Below, piece by piece: positions 1 through 9,680 of a DNA stretch of 64,000 bases (within the stretch, counting starts at the first letter, position 1; every line of letters begins with the position of its first letter). This stretch comes from an uncultured Marinoscillum sp. (GTDB lineage: Bacteria > Bacteroidota > Bacteroidia > Cytophagales > MED-G16), in NCBI GenBank assembly GCA_902529805.1, contig CABZXU010000008.1, positions 468-64,467 on the forward strand. The letters run 5' to 3'. A program made the position numbers and the translations under genes. The notes under the pieces were generated by a model. The model saw only the letters and a list, made by a program, of their open reading frames with translations, had not been told where the DNA came from and did no database searches.

Positions 1-1
1 T

Positions 2-553
2 AGAGATAGGCCTGATCCCATGACTAATTTAGTTAGTCAAAAAATGGGAGTACATGAATGGTCATATGATAATGATATATCTCAACAAAAAAGATTCCTT
101 GTTCCTCATGCAGATCAAAAAATATCACTTAAAAATTTAAAAGTTGAGGTAGAGCTTGGATATGATGAGAAGTTAGCATTTGAAGAAGCTCAAAGGTGTT
201 TAAATTGTGATGTGCAAACTGTGTTTACAGAAAGTAAATGCATTGAATGCGATGCGTGTGTAGATATATGTCCAACTGATACAATCAATTTTGTTACAAA
301 TGATAATGAAGAAAACTTAAGAAAAAAATTGAGGGTTCCAGCAACCAATAAAAATCAAGATTTATTAGTTTCAGAAGAACTTCCAACTAAAAGAGTAATG
401 GTTAAGGATGAGGATGTTTGTGTTCATTGCGGCCTATGTGCTGAGCGATGTCCAACAGCAGCATGGGATATGCAAACATTTTTATATGAGGAGTCTCGTA
501 CATATAATCACAATACTACTATGGAAATCAAAAATGAAATGCATAATGAATAA
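2..553 (+). CDS. C-terminal part of a GltD-like FAD/NAD(P)-dependent oxidoreductase with a 2x[4Fe-4S] ferredoxin domain (5'-truncated by the window)
   Basis: Frame is open from position 2 (RDRPDPMTNL...). EAQRCLNCD motif typical of GltD-family C-termini, followed by two CxxCxxCxxxCP motifs (CIECDACVDICP, CVHCGLCAERCP). Stop overlaps the next start (ATGAATAA). Confidence 0.85.
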   Translation, partial: RDRPDPMTNLVSQKMGVHEWSYDNDISQQKRFLVPHADQKISLKNLKVEVELGYDEKLAFEEAQRCLNCDVQTVFTESKCIECDACVDICPTDTINFVTNDNEENLRKKLRVPATNKNQDLLVSEELPTKRVMVKDEDVCVHCGLCAERCPTAAWDMQTFLYEESRTYNHNTTMEIKNEMHNE

Positions 554-2370
554 AATTAGTTCAGTAAATGAATTTGTAATAAAATTTGCAAATGTAAATG
601 GTTCAGGATCAGCAAGTGCAAATCAAATGTTTGCTAAAGGAGTTTTTAGAATGGGTATTCCCGTTAGTCCAAAAAATATTTTTCCTTCAAATATTCAAGG
701 TCTTCCAACCTGGTTTGAAGTTAGAGTTACGGCTAAAGGGTACTTAGGAAGAAGAGAAGGGGTAGATATTTCAGTAGCAATGAACCCACAATCATACTCT
801 GAAGATACTTCAGAAATAAATGAAGGTGGATATCTAATTTATGACTCTACTTGGAAAAGGGAATTTGCAAGAGATGATATTAACATCATAGGAATACCCC
901 TTACTCAGCTATGTGTAAATGAATTTTCAAATCCTAAATTAAGATTACTTTTTAAAAATATTGTTTATGTTGGTGCATTATCTTATCTGTTGAATATTGA
1001 TAAAAGTGTATATATTAATTTATTATCCGAAAAATTTAGGGGAAAAGAAAAGCTTATAACTCCAAATGTTAAGGCACTTGAAATGGGATTTAATTATGCT
1101 AAGAAAAATTTTAAAGACTTTTGTAAAATAAAAGTTAAAAAAATAAATAAAACTAAAGGTATGATTCTTACAAATGGGAATGAAGCCTCAGGGTTAGGAT
1201 GCGTTTATGCAGGAGCAACAGTTTGTGCTTGGTATCCTATAACTCCATCCACTTCTGTTGCTGAATCATTTACAAAATATTGTCAAAAATTAAGAATTGA
1301 AAAAAAATCTCAAAAAAATAAATTTGCTATAGTTCAAGCTGAGGATGAATTAGCAGCTATAGGTATGGCTATTGGTGCAAATTGGAATGGTTCAAGAGCT
1401 TTTACTGCTACAAGTGGCCCAGGAATTTCTTTAATGTCTGAATTTTTAGGCTTAGCATATTTTGCTGAAGTCCCTGTAGTTTTGTTTGATATTCAAAGGG
1501 GCGGTCCTTCTACTGGAATGCCTACTAGGACTCAACAATCCGACATCTTGTTGTGTGCCTATGCTTCTCATGGTGACACCAAACATATTATTTTGATTCC
1601 TTCTAATCCCACTGAATGTTTTGAGTTTTCAGTTATGGCTTTTGATTTAGCTGATAGATTACAAACCCCAGTAATTATTCTTTCTGATTTAGATATTGGC
1701 ATGAATGATTTTTCAACAAAAGAATTTGAATGGGATGATAAATATTCATATGATAGAGGAAAAGTACTATCTAAAGCTGATTTGGATGAAATTGACAGCT
1801 TTGGGAGGTATCTCGATGTAGATGGAGACGGGATACCTTATAGAACATATCCAGGCACCCATCCAGAAAAAGGGGGCTTTTTTTACGAGAGGTTCTTCTC
1901 ATGATGAGTATGCTGTCTATACGGAAGATGGTAAAGTAAACGCAAGAAATATGTCAAGAATATTAAAAAAACACGAAAACGCTTCAGAATTAATACCAAA
2001 ACCTATTATTAAATCTTCAAATAATTCAATAGGAGTAATATATTTTGGTGGGTCTGATTACTCTATGATTGAAGCTTTAGATAATTTATCTAATGAGGGA
2101 ACTATATTAGATTCAATGAGGATTAGGGGATTTCCTTTTGGGGATGAAGTTAATGATTTTATTATCAATCATGATTTAATTTTTCTTATTGAACAAAATA
2201 GAGACGCACAAATGAAAAAATTAATTCTAGCAGAAATTAATGTTTCACCTGATAAAATGATTTCTATTCTTTGTTTTGATGGAATGCCAATTACCGCAAG
2301 TTTTATTAGTAAAGAAATACAAAGTTATTTAGCTGAAAAAAAAGTACAGGAATTAATTAAAGAGAAATAA
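546..2370 (+). CDS. korA: 2-oxoacid:acceptor oxidoreductase alpha subunit, split by a +1 frameshift near 1867-1884 (track ORFs 408..1904 and 1822..2370)
   Basis: ANVNGSGSASAN, WYPITPSTS, QAEDELAA, TATSGPG and QRGGPSTGMPT motifs. Removing one base joins HPEKG to AFFTRGSSHDEY, giving about 607 aa. Likely start is ATG 546. Substrate specificity cannot be determined from sequence. Confidence 0.88.
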
Positions 2371-2371
2371 T

Positions 2372-3430
2372 ATGACTTATATAACTAAACCTGCTAATTA
2401 TCATCCCAGATTGAAAAAAAACAAATTAGGTTTGACCAGAAGAGATTATGAGGGACCCATTTCAACCCTCTGTGCAGGCTGTGGTCATGATTCTATTAGT
2501 GCTGCAATTGTAGAAGCTTGTTTTGAACTAAACATTGCATCCCATCAAGTTGCAAAATTATCTGGGATTGGATGTTCATCTAAGACTCCTGGTTATTTTC
2601 TAAAACAATCTCACGGATTCAATTCAGTACACGGAAGAATGCCTTCGATTGCGACAGGAGCAAGCCTTGCCAATCGTGAATTAACTTACTTGGGGGTTTC
2701 AGGTGATGGAGATACTGCTTCTATTGGAATAGGTCAGTTCGTACATGCTGTTAGAAGACAATTAAATGTTATATATGTAATTGAAAATAATGGGACTTAT
2801 GGTCTTACAAAGGGACAGTTTTCTGCTACTAATGATTTAGAATCAAAAAGTAAATATGGGGATGATAATTTATTTCCTCCAATAGATTTAGTTGGTATGG
2901 CTTTAAATTTAGGAGCAAGTTTTGTAGCTAGAAGTTTTTCAGGGGATAAAGACCAATTGATTCCATTAATGAAAGCAGCCTTTAAGCATAAAGGCTTTGC
3001 TCTTTTAGATGTTATATCTCCATGTGTTACTTTTAATAATCATAAAAATTCAACCAAAAGTTATGATTATATAAGAGAACATAATAGTTCCGTTTCTTCT
3101 GCAACTGATTTTGTGCCTATTGAAAATACTATTACCGCAAACTATAAAAAAGGAAAAACTCATAATGTTACACTACATGACGGGTCAATAGTATCTCTTC
3201 AAAAAACTTCAAAAAACTATAATCCAGAAAATAAAGTTGAGGCAATTAAAAAACTACAAAAGTCGGATCAGGACGGAAAGGTTTTAACTGGGTTGTTGTA
3301 TATTGATCCAAAATCAAAAGATTTAAATGAAATATTAAATATTGTGGATAAACCTTTAAATCAGTTAGATAAAAATGATCTGTGTCCTGGAAAATCTGAA
3401 TTAAAAAAAATCAATTCAAGTTTTAAATAA
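2372..3430 (+). CDS. korB: 2-oxoacid:ferredoxin oxidoreductase beta subunit (TPP-binding)
   Basis: LCAGCGH, SGIGCSSK, HGR, GDGD...IENNGTYGLTKGQFS and SPCVTFN motifs; follows the alpha subunit after 1 bp. Confidence 0.92.
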   Translation: MTYITKPANYHPRLKKNKLGLTRRDYEGPISTLCAGCGHDSISAAIVEACFELNIASHQVAKLSGIGCSSKTPGYFLKQSHGFNSVHGRMPSIATGASLANRELTYLGVSGDGDTASIGIGQFVHAVRRQLNVIYVIENNGTYGLTKGQFSATNDLESKSKYGDDNLFPPIDLVGMALNLGASFVARSFSGDKDQLIPLMKAAFKHKGFALLDVISPCVTFNNHKNSTKSYDYIREHNSSVSSATDFVPIENTITANYKKGKTHNVTLHDGSIVSLQKTSKNYNPENKVEAIKKLQKSDQDGKVLTGLLYIDPKSKDLNEILNIVDKPLNQLDKNDLCPGKSELKKINSSFK

Positions 3431-3434
3431 AAAA

Positions 3435-5669
3435 TTATTTTCCTCCAGCAGGACAGTTTTTTCTTAAAAAATCTGTAAACATTAAAGCTACATGAGGATA
3501 AGCGTTTTCTTCTCTAATTCCATGAGATCTATTTGGGTAAGACATGAAATAGAAAACCTTTTTATGTTTTATTAATTCATTTATCAATAATTCAGCATTT
3601 TGATAATGAACATTATCATCTGCAGTACCATGCATGTACAATAGGTTTCCTTTAAATTTTTCAACATGGGTTAAAGGAGATCCATCAATGAAATCCTGAT
3701 AAGTTTCCTCTGTAATCCCCATATATCTTTCTTGATAAATATTATCATATGAAAGTTGATATGCAACTGCAGCAACAGATATTCCAGTATGAAATATTTC
3801 AGGGTATTGAAACAGGCAATTTAAAGTTGCAGAACCCCCTCCACTCCATCCGTGAACAGCAACTCTGCTTGTATCAATAAATTCATATTTTTTAAAAACC
3901 TCTAAAGCTCCCATTCCCATATCTCTAACATTAACCTTTCCAATTCCCCTATAAATTGCTTTTCTCCAACCTCTTCCTTTTGGGGAAGGTGTCCCTCTAC
4001 CATCAAATGATACATAAACATAACCGTCTTCTTGCATGTCTCCATTATATAGTCTATTGTTTCCAACTCCATATCGATCAAGAACTGTTGTTCCTGCTGG
4101 TTCACTATAAAAATAAAAAAGAACAGGATATTTTTTTTTAGGATCCATATTTTTTGGTTTAACTATCCATCCATCCATAATAACATCATCAACAGTTGTA
4201 ATTTGAAAAAAACTAAGCGCACTATTCCTTTTTAATTTGGGATCGAACTTCTCAGATATACTTTTTTCATTTTTTATTGATTTATGGTTAGGAAGACTTA
4301 TTAATTGATTCATTGGTTTTGTGAAATAGTTAGAAAACCTATGAAATGCATAATTTCCATTAGGACTTATTTGATAACTATTAGATCCTTTTAAAGTGTT
4401 TGGAGTAACTTTTTTTAAACTTCCATTTCCATTTATATTGGTTTTATATAGAAATCTTTGAGTGGCATTTTCTGGAGAAGCTATAAAATATATAATTCCA
4501 TTTTTTTCATCTATTCCTAGTGGTTGAATTACATCATATTCTCCGTTTGTTACTAAATATTCTTTTTTTGTTTCAACATTAAAATTATAAATATGAGACC
4601 ACCCATCTTTTTCTGTTATGTATAGAAAGCTTTTCCCATCATTTATAAATTTCCAACCTGCTTGATCATTATTTGGCCATGAATTTCTAATGTCTACCCA
4701 AGCATCATCTTTTTCTTCCATTAATAATTTAACAGATCCAGAAGACGCATTTGCTATAAAAATTTTACTATGATTTTGTTTTCTATTTAATTGTTGAACA
4801 TATAATTCATCAGATGAAGGGGCCCACATCATTCTCGGCAAATAATTATTATTTGCTGGTCCTGGAATTTTCATCCAAGTAATTTTATTTTCATTGGTTA
4901 AATCAATTACTCCAATTTTAGCAGGAGAAGGAAACTCACCAACTTTTGGATATTCGACCGGTATATTGAATGAATAAATTGAATCAGTATTATTTATCAT
5001 TAAAAAATCTCTAACTTGATTAGCATCAATTTGCCAAAAAGCAATTTTTGTTCCATCTTCATTAAACAAAAATCCATCTCTACAATCAAACTCTTCTTCA
5101 TAAGCCCAATCAAATGTTCCATTAATTAATTTTTTTGTGTTATTTGAACTTGTAATTTTTTTTATACTATTTTTTTCTAAATTTTCAATATATATATTGG
5201 CATTAGTACTACTATTTCTAACAGCATTTTTTACTGAATTTTCTTTGCTTACATAAGCTACATTTTTTCCATCTGGAGAGAATTTTGCAAACATTAGGCT
5301 TGATTCAGGAAGATTATTTCCTAGTTTTATTAACTTTTTAGTTTTTAAATCAAAAACCCAATAATCTCCTTTTGTTTCATACCTCCAAACTTTTTTTGTA
5401 TTTGTGAAAATTAAAATTTTTTCACGATCTTTTGAAAAAGAATAATTTTTAATCTCAAGAGATGATTTATTATTTAGAGAAAGTTCTTTTTTACTTAAAA
5501 TAATTAAATCTTTTTTTCCTCTTGTACTCTTAAAAATTAGCTCATTATTAATTATTTGATAGTAGCCTGTTTCTTTTGGGTTCCACTGAATTGATTGAGA
5601 TGATAATTCTATATGACAGAATATAAAAATGAATATTATAGTATAAAGTTTTTTTTTAGTTGATTTCAT
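3435..5669 (-). CDS. S9B dipeptidyl peptidase IV-like serine peptidase
   Basis: Signal peptide, DPP-IV N-terminal propeller with DWAYEEE, GWSGGG nucleophile motif, HGTADDNVH and catalytic His (RSHGI). Confidence 0.93.
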   Translation of the reverse strand: MKSTKKKLYTIIFIFIFCHIELSSQSIQWNPKETGYYQIINNELIFKSTRGKKDLIILSKKELSLNNKSSLEIKNYSFSKDREKILIFTNTKKVWRYETKGDYWVFDLKTKKLIKLGNNLPESSLMFAKFSPDGKNVAYVSKENSVKNAVRNSSTNANIYIENLEKNSIKKITSSNNTKKLINGTFDWAYEEEFDCRDGFLFNEDGTKIAFWQIDANQVRDFLMINNTDSIYSFNIPVEYPKVGEFPSPAKIGVIDLTNENKITWMKIPGPANNNYLPRMMWAPSSDELYVQQLNRKQNHSKIFIANASSGSVKLLMEEKDDAWVDIRNSWPNNDQAGWKFINDGKSFLYITEKDGWSHIYNFNVETKKEYLVTNGEYDVIQPLGIDEKNGIIYFIASPENATQRFLYKTNINGNGSLKKVTPNTLKGSNSYQISPNGNYAFHRFSNYFTKPMNQLISLPNHKSIKNEKSISEKFDPKLKRNSALSFFQITTVDDVIMDGWIVKPKNMDPKKKYPVLFYFYSEPAGTTVLDRYGVGNNRLYNGDMQEDGYVYVSFDGRGTPSPKGRGWRKAIYRGIGKVNVRDMGMGALEVFKKYEFIDTSRVAVHGWSGGGSATLNCLFQYPEIFHTGISVAAVAYQLSYDNIYQERYMGITEETYQDFIDGSPLTHVEKFKGNLLYMHGTADDNVHYQNAELLINELIKHKKVFYFMSYPNRSHGIREENAYPHVALMFTDFLRKNCPAGGK

Positions 5670-5739
5670 TTAAAAGTTTATTTTATTAATTATTAATTAA
5701 AGTTATTAAATTAATAAATTAGTGATAATATATTTTATT

Positions 5740-6018
5740 ATGACCGAAAATCCTATAGGATTTATATACAACGAGCATGAAAAGAATGCTGATAAGTTCA
5801 AAGTTTTTGATCAATTTGTTGATGAAAGCAAAGAAAAAATATCCAAGGCAGCTGATAACTTAATTATTTTACATAAATCAGATAAACTCGATGATAATAC
5901 TAGATCAACTTTAAAATCTTTAGAAAAAAAATTAAGATTGGTATTTAAGGAAATTGATGATATAGATAAAGAGGTTGAAGATATAGCTAGAAGGTTTAGA
6001 ATGAATAAATTATCTTAA
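5740..6018 (+). CDS. small hypothetical helical/coiled-coil protein
   Basis: Fills the gap between two minus-strand genes. ATG at 5740 is preferred to the track's GTG at 5722. Charged, heptad-like sequence. Confidence 0.6.
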   Translation: MTENPIGFIYNEHEKNADKFKVFDQFVDESKEKISKAADNLIILHKSDKLDDNTRSTLKSLEKKLRLVFKEIDDIDKEVEDIARRFRMNKLS

Positions 6019-6027
6019 CTATTATAT

Positions 6028-6795
6028 CTAATTTTTTTCTATACAATATAGAATGTGATCCCATAGTTTAATTCTTTCTTTGAGAGCTTTCTTTGAATAG
6101 ATAATTACATCATCCCATTTTTTCTTGTTATCACCACATAGGTTGCTAATCATTTTTAAAGCAATAGGCCCATGATCATCTCCATCAAGCTCAATATGCC
6201 TTTCGAGATAATATATTAATTTTTTTGCTGAAACATTTTTTTCATTGTTTATGTTTTTAACAATTTGAATGAACATATTCGGAATTAAATCTTCTCTTCC
6301 AAATGTAAAAACAGAAGCAATTTTGTGAGGTTCATTAGTTGCAATTGTATCAAAAGTAAATTGCATAAAATTTTTAACTGGTAGTTTAGCATCAATTTCA
6401 TCTAAACTTTGTGTAATTGATTTTTTTTCTTTTATTTTTTCTAGAAGTAATTCAATTTTATTTGTATTGGCCTTAATTTCTTTCATTGCATCTATATACA
6501 TTTCATAGTGACTTGAGGGAATATTAGAATTACCAATGTCTGTTTCTTCTTCGAGAACTATTTCATTAATAAATCTTGCTGCATTACTATCTTTTGTTGG
6601 AGTCCAAGGAATTTTAACCGTTGTTAAATGCAATTGTAAAGATTTAAGTAGTGACATAAAATCCCATACAGCATAAACATGATTTTCCATAAAAATTTTT
6701 AAAGAATCTACATTATTTATTTTTTCATAAACCTTATGTGATACCAATTGTTTCTTTAATGCAGTTAACTCATCTTCAACCTTTATTATATTCAT
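6028..6795 (-). CDS. DUF3050 family protein (heme-oxygenase-like fold)
   Basis: HVYAVWDFMSLLKSLQ, EIVLEEETD, SHYEMY, GREDLIP and YYLERHIELDGDDHGP motifs characteristic of DUF3050. Confidence 0.85.
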   Translation of the reverse strand: MNIIKVEDELTALKKQLVSHKVYEKINNVDSLKIFMENHVYAVWDFMSLLKSLQLHLTTVKIPWTPTKDSNAARFINEIVLEEETDIGNSNIPSSHYEMYIDAMKEIKANTNKIELLLEKIKEKKSITQSLDEIDAKLPVKNFMQFTFDTIATNEPHKIASVFTFGREDLIPNMFIQIVKNINNEKNVSAKKLIYYLERHIELDGDDHGPIALKMISNLCGDNKKKWDDVIIYSKKALKERIKLWDHILYCIEKN

Positions 6796-6839
6796 TTTTT
6801 ATAAAGTAAATTATTTTATTTTTTTTTAACGGGATTGAT

Positions 6840-6847
6840 TAATTTTG
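6840..6847 (+). promoter_or_regulatory. Bacteroidota -7 promoter element upstream of the DUF4199 gene
   Basis: TAATTTTG matches TAnnTTTG, 22 nt before ATG 6870. Confidence 0.45.
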
Positions 6848-6869
6848 GTTTAAACTAAAACTTATTTTT

Positions 6870-7424
6870 ATGGAATCTAAACAAAACTCTTATTTAATTG
6901 ATATAATTACAAACAGCCTTTTACTAACATCAATTTTAATTATTTACGGATTGCTAATTTATGTTATTGATATTTCTTTGTATGTTAAATGGTGGTATGG
7001 TATATCAGTTCTTATAATATCAGTTTCCTTACTAATCTATTTTGGAATTAATTACAGAAAATCGATTGGTGGTATTTTATCTTATAAAGATTCCTTTATC
7101 TACCTCTATATTCTTTCATTATTTTCTGCTTTATTTCAGTTAATATGGGGAATTGTTTTTTTTCAAATTATTGATCCTGAACTAGGCGATAAATTGAGTC
7201 AATTGGTAATTGAAAGTACTGTTTCTATGATGGAGGGTTTTGGTACTGGCGGTGAGGCCATTGATGCTACAATAGAACAATTAGAGGAAGACATACCTCA
7301 AAGTTTTACTCCAATTGGACAAATTAAAAATTTTGGTTGGCAGTTTTTGACTGCTGCTATATCATCAGGTATAATAGCAATTTTTGTTAAAAAAAATAAA
7401 GAAGTATCAGATAGATTAAATTAG
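6870..7424 (+). CDS. DUF4199 family membrane protein
   Basis: Four hydrophobic segments, YRKSIGGILSYKDSF and IIDPEL patterns, ending IIAIFVKK. Confidence 0.8.
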   Translation: MESKQNSYLIDIITNSLLLTSILIIYGLLIYVIDISLYVKWWYGISVLIISVSLLIYFGINYRKSIGGILSYKDSFIYLYILSLFSALFQLIWGIVFFQIIDPELGDKLSQLVIESTVSMMEGFGTGGEAIDATIEQLEEDIPQSFTPIGQIKNFGWQFLTAAISSGIIAIFVKKNKEVSDRLN

Positions 7425-9680
7425 TTTTCGAAGAATTTTTTCAAGTAATTTTATTAGAAGATCAGCATTGGTAATAGAAAAACATAGTGGTGGTTTAATT
7501 TTAATTACATTATTATATTTTCCATCAGTTGATACCAAAATAAATTGTTTTTTTAATTCATTTGTTATGAACAAGGCTTCTTTTGTTGCAGGTGTTTCAT
7601 CAATATTTTTAAATTCAATTCCTATGAAAAGGCCCATCCCACGTATTTCATTAATTATATTATATTTATTTTTTAAGATAGTTAGTTTCTCCATCAAATA
7701 ATTTCCAACAGTTAAGGCATTTTTTTGCAGGTTTTCTTCTTCTATTATTTTTAGTACTGACTTTCCAATTTCGCATGAAACAGGATTGCCTCCAAATGAA
7801 CTAAAAAACTCCATACCATTTTCAAATGATTTGTTGATTTTTTCCGTTGTTATGACTGCTGCCATAGGATGACCGTTTCCAATTGGTTTTCCAAGAATAA
7901 TAATATCTGGAATAGTATTATACATTTCATACCCCCAAAAATATTTTCCTAATCTACCAAAGCCTGTTTGAGTTTCATCTGAAATATAAAGACCACCAAG
8001 TTTTTTTATTATTGGGTACAATTTTTTTATATAATTTTTGGGTAAAACCACCTGTCCTGCACAGCCAACTATAGGTTCAGCGATAAATGCACATAAAGAT
8101 TTTTTTTCTTTAATTTTTCCTTTTGCATGCTTAATTAGTTTTGAATTGTATTTAAAACCTTGTTTTTTATTTATAGTATTTGGTATTGGTAATTCAATAA
8201 TGTTTTTTTTCTTTTCATGTCCACCTTTTCCAGAATATTTGTAATGACTAATTTTTATTCCTTGGGAAGTATTGCCATGATACCCTTGTTCTAAAACAGC
8301 AATATTTTTATTTTGAGTATGAGTTTTAGCTATTCTTATGGCAAGGTCAGTTGCAGCACTTCCTGAATTAAGAAAAAATACTTTATTGAATTTTTTAGGA
8401 AATTTTTTTAATAATAATTTAGAATATTCTGTAAGATTAGGGTATAAATATCTTGTATTTGTATTCAATTTTGCAATTTGTTTCTGAGCTGATCTTGTTA
8501 TTCTAGGATGTTCATGTCCTACTAAAGGAACATTATTATATGCATCAAGATAGGTGTTTCCATTTGAGTCATACATATACTGAAATGCAGCTTTATTTAT
8601 TTGAATTGGAGATTTATAGCTTAGAGAATAAGCTTTACTTAAGTGTTTTTTTCTTTTTTTAATTAAGTTTAAATTGGAAGGGGGATTTTTTATAGGAATG
8701 TTAAGTTCTTTTTTAATTTTGTTTTGAAAAAAAATTGGATTAATTGTTATCCACTTTTTCAATAAATCCACCGCTCCTTTTTTACTTATTGTAATATACT
8801 TATCTGTTGGATCTTCTTTTTCGTGAAATGAGGATTTTAAAATTGTTGTACATAACCTTGCTGGAATAAGGTAGTATAATAAATCAATTTCAATTTCTTT
8901 TAATTTTACTGATTGATTGTAAGGCTTTAAAAATTTAACTATCCATTTTAGTAGATCTTTTTTATCAGAAAGAACATATGACAAAGCGATTGCAACTTCG
9001 TTAATCAAATAGGACTTAACCATATCCCCAAAATCTATAATACCTATAATATTGTCTTTATTTACTAATATATTCCAGTCATTTGCATCATTGTGAATTA
9101 TGGATTCTCTTAAATTATAATTATTAGGAAAAACATTTTCATTAAACTGAAGCAGAAAGTATTCAACTAATTTTTTACCTTCTACGTCATCTATATATTT
9201 AAGGTATTTTTGATTCCAATTAAGATTTTTTATGTCCCATTCAATTTTTCTTGATTCAATATTTTCATCTTCTAGCTTTAGTAGTTCCTTATTTATTTTA
9301 CCTAAAATTTTACCAAAATTTGAGAAAAGTTTTTGTGAGTGTTTTGATTCTGACAAAAATTTACCTTCTATAAAAGAAAGAAATCTATATATAGCCTTTT
9401 CTTTTTTTATAATTGTCAATTCTTCCTTATGAATATTTAAAACAATTTGAGGAAAAATATTTTTTATTTTTTTATTTAATAAATGTATTATTTTGTTTTC
9501 TGATCTAACAAAATTCAAATTTCTTTCACTCAATCTGTATTTTTTTAATATAAATTTTTTATTGTTGGAGATTATTTTATAGTTCAAGCTACCATATCCA
9601 ATATTCATCTTATCATTAGAATCTATTTGGATTACTTTCGGTGTATTTATTCCATAAAATGTTTTTATAATATTTTTCAT
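7416..9680 (-). CDS. fusion of an APH/hydroxylysine-kinase-like phosphotransferase and a class III PLP aminotransferase-fold enzyme (phospho-lyase-like)
   Basis: N-terminal IIHNDANDWNIL...GIIDFGD kinase motifs. C-terminal YLDAYNNV, NSGSAATDLA, GYHG, DETQTGFGR, LGKPIGNG (PLP lysine) and FSSFGGNPV. Confidence 0.88.
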   Translation of the reverse strand: MKNIIKTFYGINTPKVIQIDSNDKMNIGYGSLNYKIISNNKKFILKKYRLSERNLNFVRSENKIIHLLNKKIKNIFPQIVLNIHKEELTIIKKEKAIYRFLSFIEGKFLSESKHSQKLFSNFGKILGKINKELLKLEDENIESRKIEWDIKNLNWNQKYLKYIDDVEGKKLVEYFLLQFNENVFPNNYNLRESIIHNDANDWNILVNKDNIIGIIDFGDMVKSYLINEVAIALSYVLSDKKDLLKWIVKFLKPYNQSVKLKEIEIDLLYYLIPARLCTTILKSSFHEKEDPTDKYITISKKGAVDLLKKWITINPIFFQNKIKKELNIPIKNPPSNLNLIKKRKKHLSKAYSLSYKSPIQINKAAFQYMYDSNGNTYLDAYNNVPLVGHEHPRITRSAQKQIAKLNTNTRYLYPNLTEYSKLLLKKFPKKFNKVFFLNSGSAATDLAIRIAKTHTQNKNIAVLEQGYHGNTSQGIKISHYKYSGKGGHEKKKNIIELPIPNTINKKQGFKYNSKLIKHAKGKIKEKKSLCAFIAEPIVGCAGQVVLPKNYIKKLYPIIKKLGGLYISDETQTGFGRLGKYFWGYEMYNTIPDIIILGKPIGNGHPMAAVITTEKINKSFENGMEFFSSFGGNPVSCEIGKSVLKIIEEENLQKNALTVGNYLMEKLTILKNKYNIINEIRGMGLFIGIEFKNIDETPATKEALFITNELKKQFILVSTDGKYNNVIKIKPPLCFSITNADLLIKLLEKILRKLI

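Noticed and set aside
408-545. N-terminal extension of the alpha-subunit ORF in the track
   Set aside because: It overlaps the ferredoxin domain of the upstream gene. Family similarity starts at MNKISSVNEF (546), which gives a normal start/stop overlap.
1822-2370. Independent 182-aa gene
   Set aside because: It is the C-terminal domain of the frameshifted alpha subunit; its first residues are an out-of-frame translation.
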